The notes under the pieces were generated by a model. The model saw only the letters and a program-made list of their open reading frames with translations. It was not told the origin of the DNA and searched no databases. A DNA stretch of 64,000 bases. Origin: Zygnema circumcarinatum SAG 698-1b. Taxonomy: Eukaryota; Plantae; Zygnematophyceae. Positions 62,707 through 64,000 of the stretch are shown piece by piece. The stretch covers positions 1 through 64,000 of the forward strand of contig CM074819.1 of NCBI GenBank assembly GCA_037447605.1, written 5' to 3'. The translations under genes and the position numbers were made by a program. Every line of letters begins with the position of its first letter. The stretch's first letter is position 1.

Positions 62707-63216
62707 TTGGAGCGGTGTCCAATGGCGGAACCGCCCGTGTTCCTCTCGACTCAAATGGGTCGGAAGGTGGCCTAGCGTCTGAATACTCACCGCATTCGCG
62801 GCGTAGCGCCGCCGGCAATGACAGCGCGCCGCCCAAATGCGTCGGTCTGCGGTCGAGCCCTGCAGCAGCGGCGGCGGTCCGGCCCAGCCGGCTTGTCGCG
62901 ACCTACCAACGGGTAACCCGTTATTATGCGGACGAGCGGAGAATCCAAAAGGGGATCGGCATGACCGAATCCCAATCGGCGGGCAGACGGGTCCCGATGT
63001 TTTGCCGACCAATCGTGATCTTCCTCTGGCCCGAGGAAAGACCTGCGGCGTCAACAGCATTGAACGAACCAGTTCTTATGGTTCGAACTGGGACCTCGAA
63101 AAGTCGTCATAAATCGATGCCCCTGCTGGTCAGGTACCGACAGATGAAACATAAAGCTGCGCCAGCTAATAACTGCTACTGAAGTGGCTTAGCGGTCCGC
63201 TAATCTGACGCTTCAT

Positions 63217-64000
63217 TTGAACTCCCCATAGGTCCGACAGCGGGTATCCTTTGTAGTTGTAGCCTTGTGCTCAGGCCGCTCCACTACCTTGGGTTGAAAG
63301 GACCCCTCCACTTCAACTCCATCCTTGCTTGGATACAACAAGCCCTTGTTCTCGGCCTCCTTGGAGCTCACTAACTCTGAGTGAACCTGGAATTCGCACA
63401 CATTCTCACCACTACTAATGTCCACCCTTTTGGTGATGGGTCTTTCAACCCCCTTAGCCTGGCTATCTGAAATGTAATTCACGAAATTATCCCCTGCTCC
63501 CCTTAGCCTCATAGCTTGCTCTAGCATCCCCTTTCCTCCTCCAAGCTGTTCTGGATCTACCTTATGGTGAATGGGTTCTTCTACAGGATCCTTGGCGGGA
63601 CTGCTCAGCCCTTGAGCCTCCTTCCACTCTAGAAAGTAAAGCCCACCTTGCTGAATTCCCTTGCACAAGACCTGCCCTGTCTCCTTGTGAATAACCTCAC
63701 AACTACCCTTCTCAAACCATACTCCATAGTCCTCTTCACACAGCTGACTAACAGAGAGGAAATTAATCTGCAGTCCGGGAGTATGCAGTACGTTACCAAT
63801 ATGGACAACCCTCTGCGTGCTTCCCTCCTCGAGCACATCCAACTTGATTGTTCCGCTTTGCGTCACCATGACCCCTTCTCCCGTTGCCGAGTAGACCGAG
63901 CGGGTTCCCTCCAAAGTCTGCTTCTCTTCAAAGAGTGAGTCGTCCACGCACATGTGCCTTGAAGCACCGGAATCAATCACCCAAGGTCTCGCTGAATCCT
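63217..64000 (-). mobile_element. Second copy of the gag-protease-only copia derivative (partial)
   Basis: ORF 63213-63980 is colinear and highly similar to 57720-58500, including the novel tail. Confidence 0.85.

Noticed and set aside
62707-62722. Alternative PBS (TTGGAGCGG...) after LTR F
   Set aside because: The LTR is preceded by a chromodomain and PPT, so it is a 3' LTR; no gag follows; all other PBSs here are iMet-type.
1-64000. CRISPR arrays, rRNA genes, prokaryotic operons or env-like genes
   Set aside because: No regularly spaced repeats or rRNA motifs were seen, and there is no extra ORF between pol and the 3' LTR. The repeats are explained by LTRs and microsatellites.

Overview
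This is eukaryotic, heterochromatin-like DNA made almost entirely of nested LTR retrotransposons, and I see no host genes. The source is probably a green alga or streptophyte (inference from tRNA-iMet PBSs, 5-bp TSDs, chromoviruses and CT microsatellites). It holds several Ty1/copia families (A-E, my labels), including a three-LTR tandem, a solo LTR, a gag-protease-only derivative and a non-coding LARD-like derivative. It also holds three Ty3/gypsy chromovirus lineages (G, H, J), one nearly intact with a perfect TSD (44812-51657). Highlights: (1) a miniature LTR element (TRIM) whose 130-bp LTR is mostly a tRNA-like Pol III cassette, present as a TSD-bounded element and a TSD-bounded solo LTR; (2) a related tRNA-like cassette in the LTR of a coding chromovirus; (3) a ~150-aa extra domain between Gag and protease in all three chromovirus lineages, resembling a degenerate Dam-type N6-adenine methyltransferase; (4) a conserved G-GAA-AAC + 6-nt spacer + stem-loop -1 frameshift signal; (5) U3 module swapping among copia LTRs. 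The assembly has many N gaps and indel-rich stretches, so many frameshifts may be sequencing errors. All alignments were done by eye.
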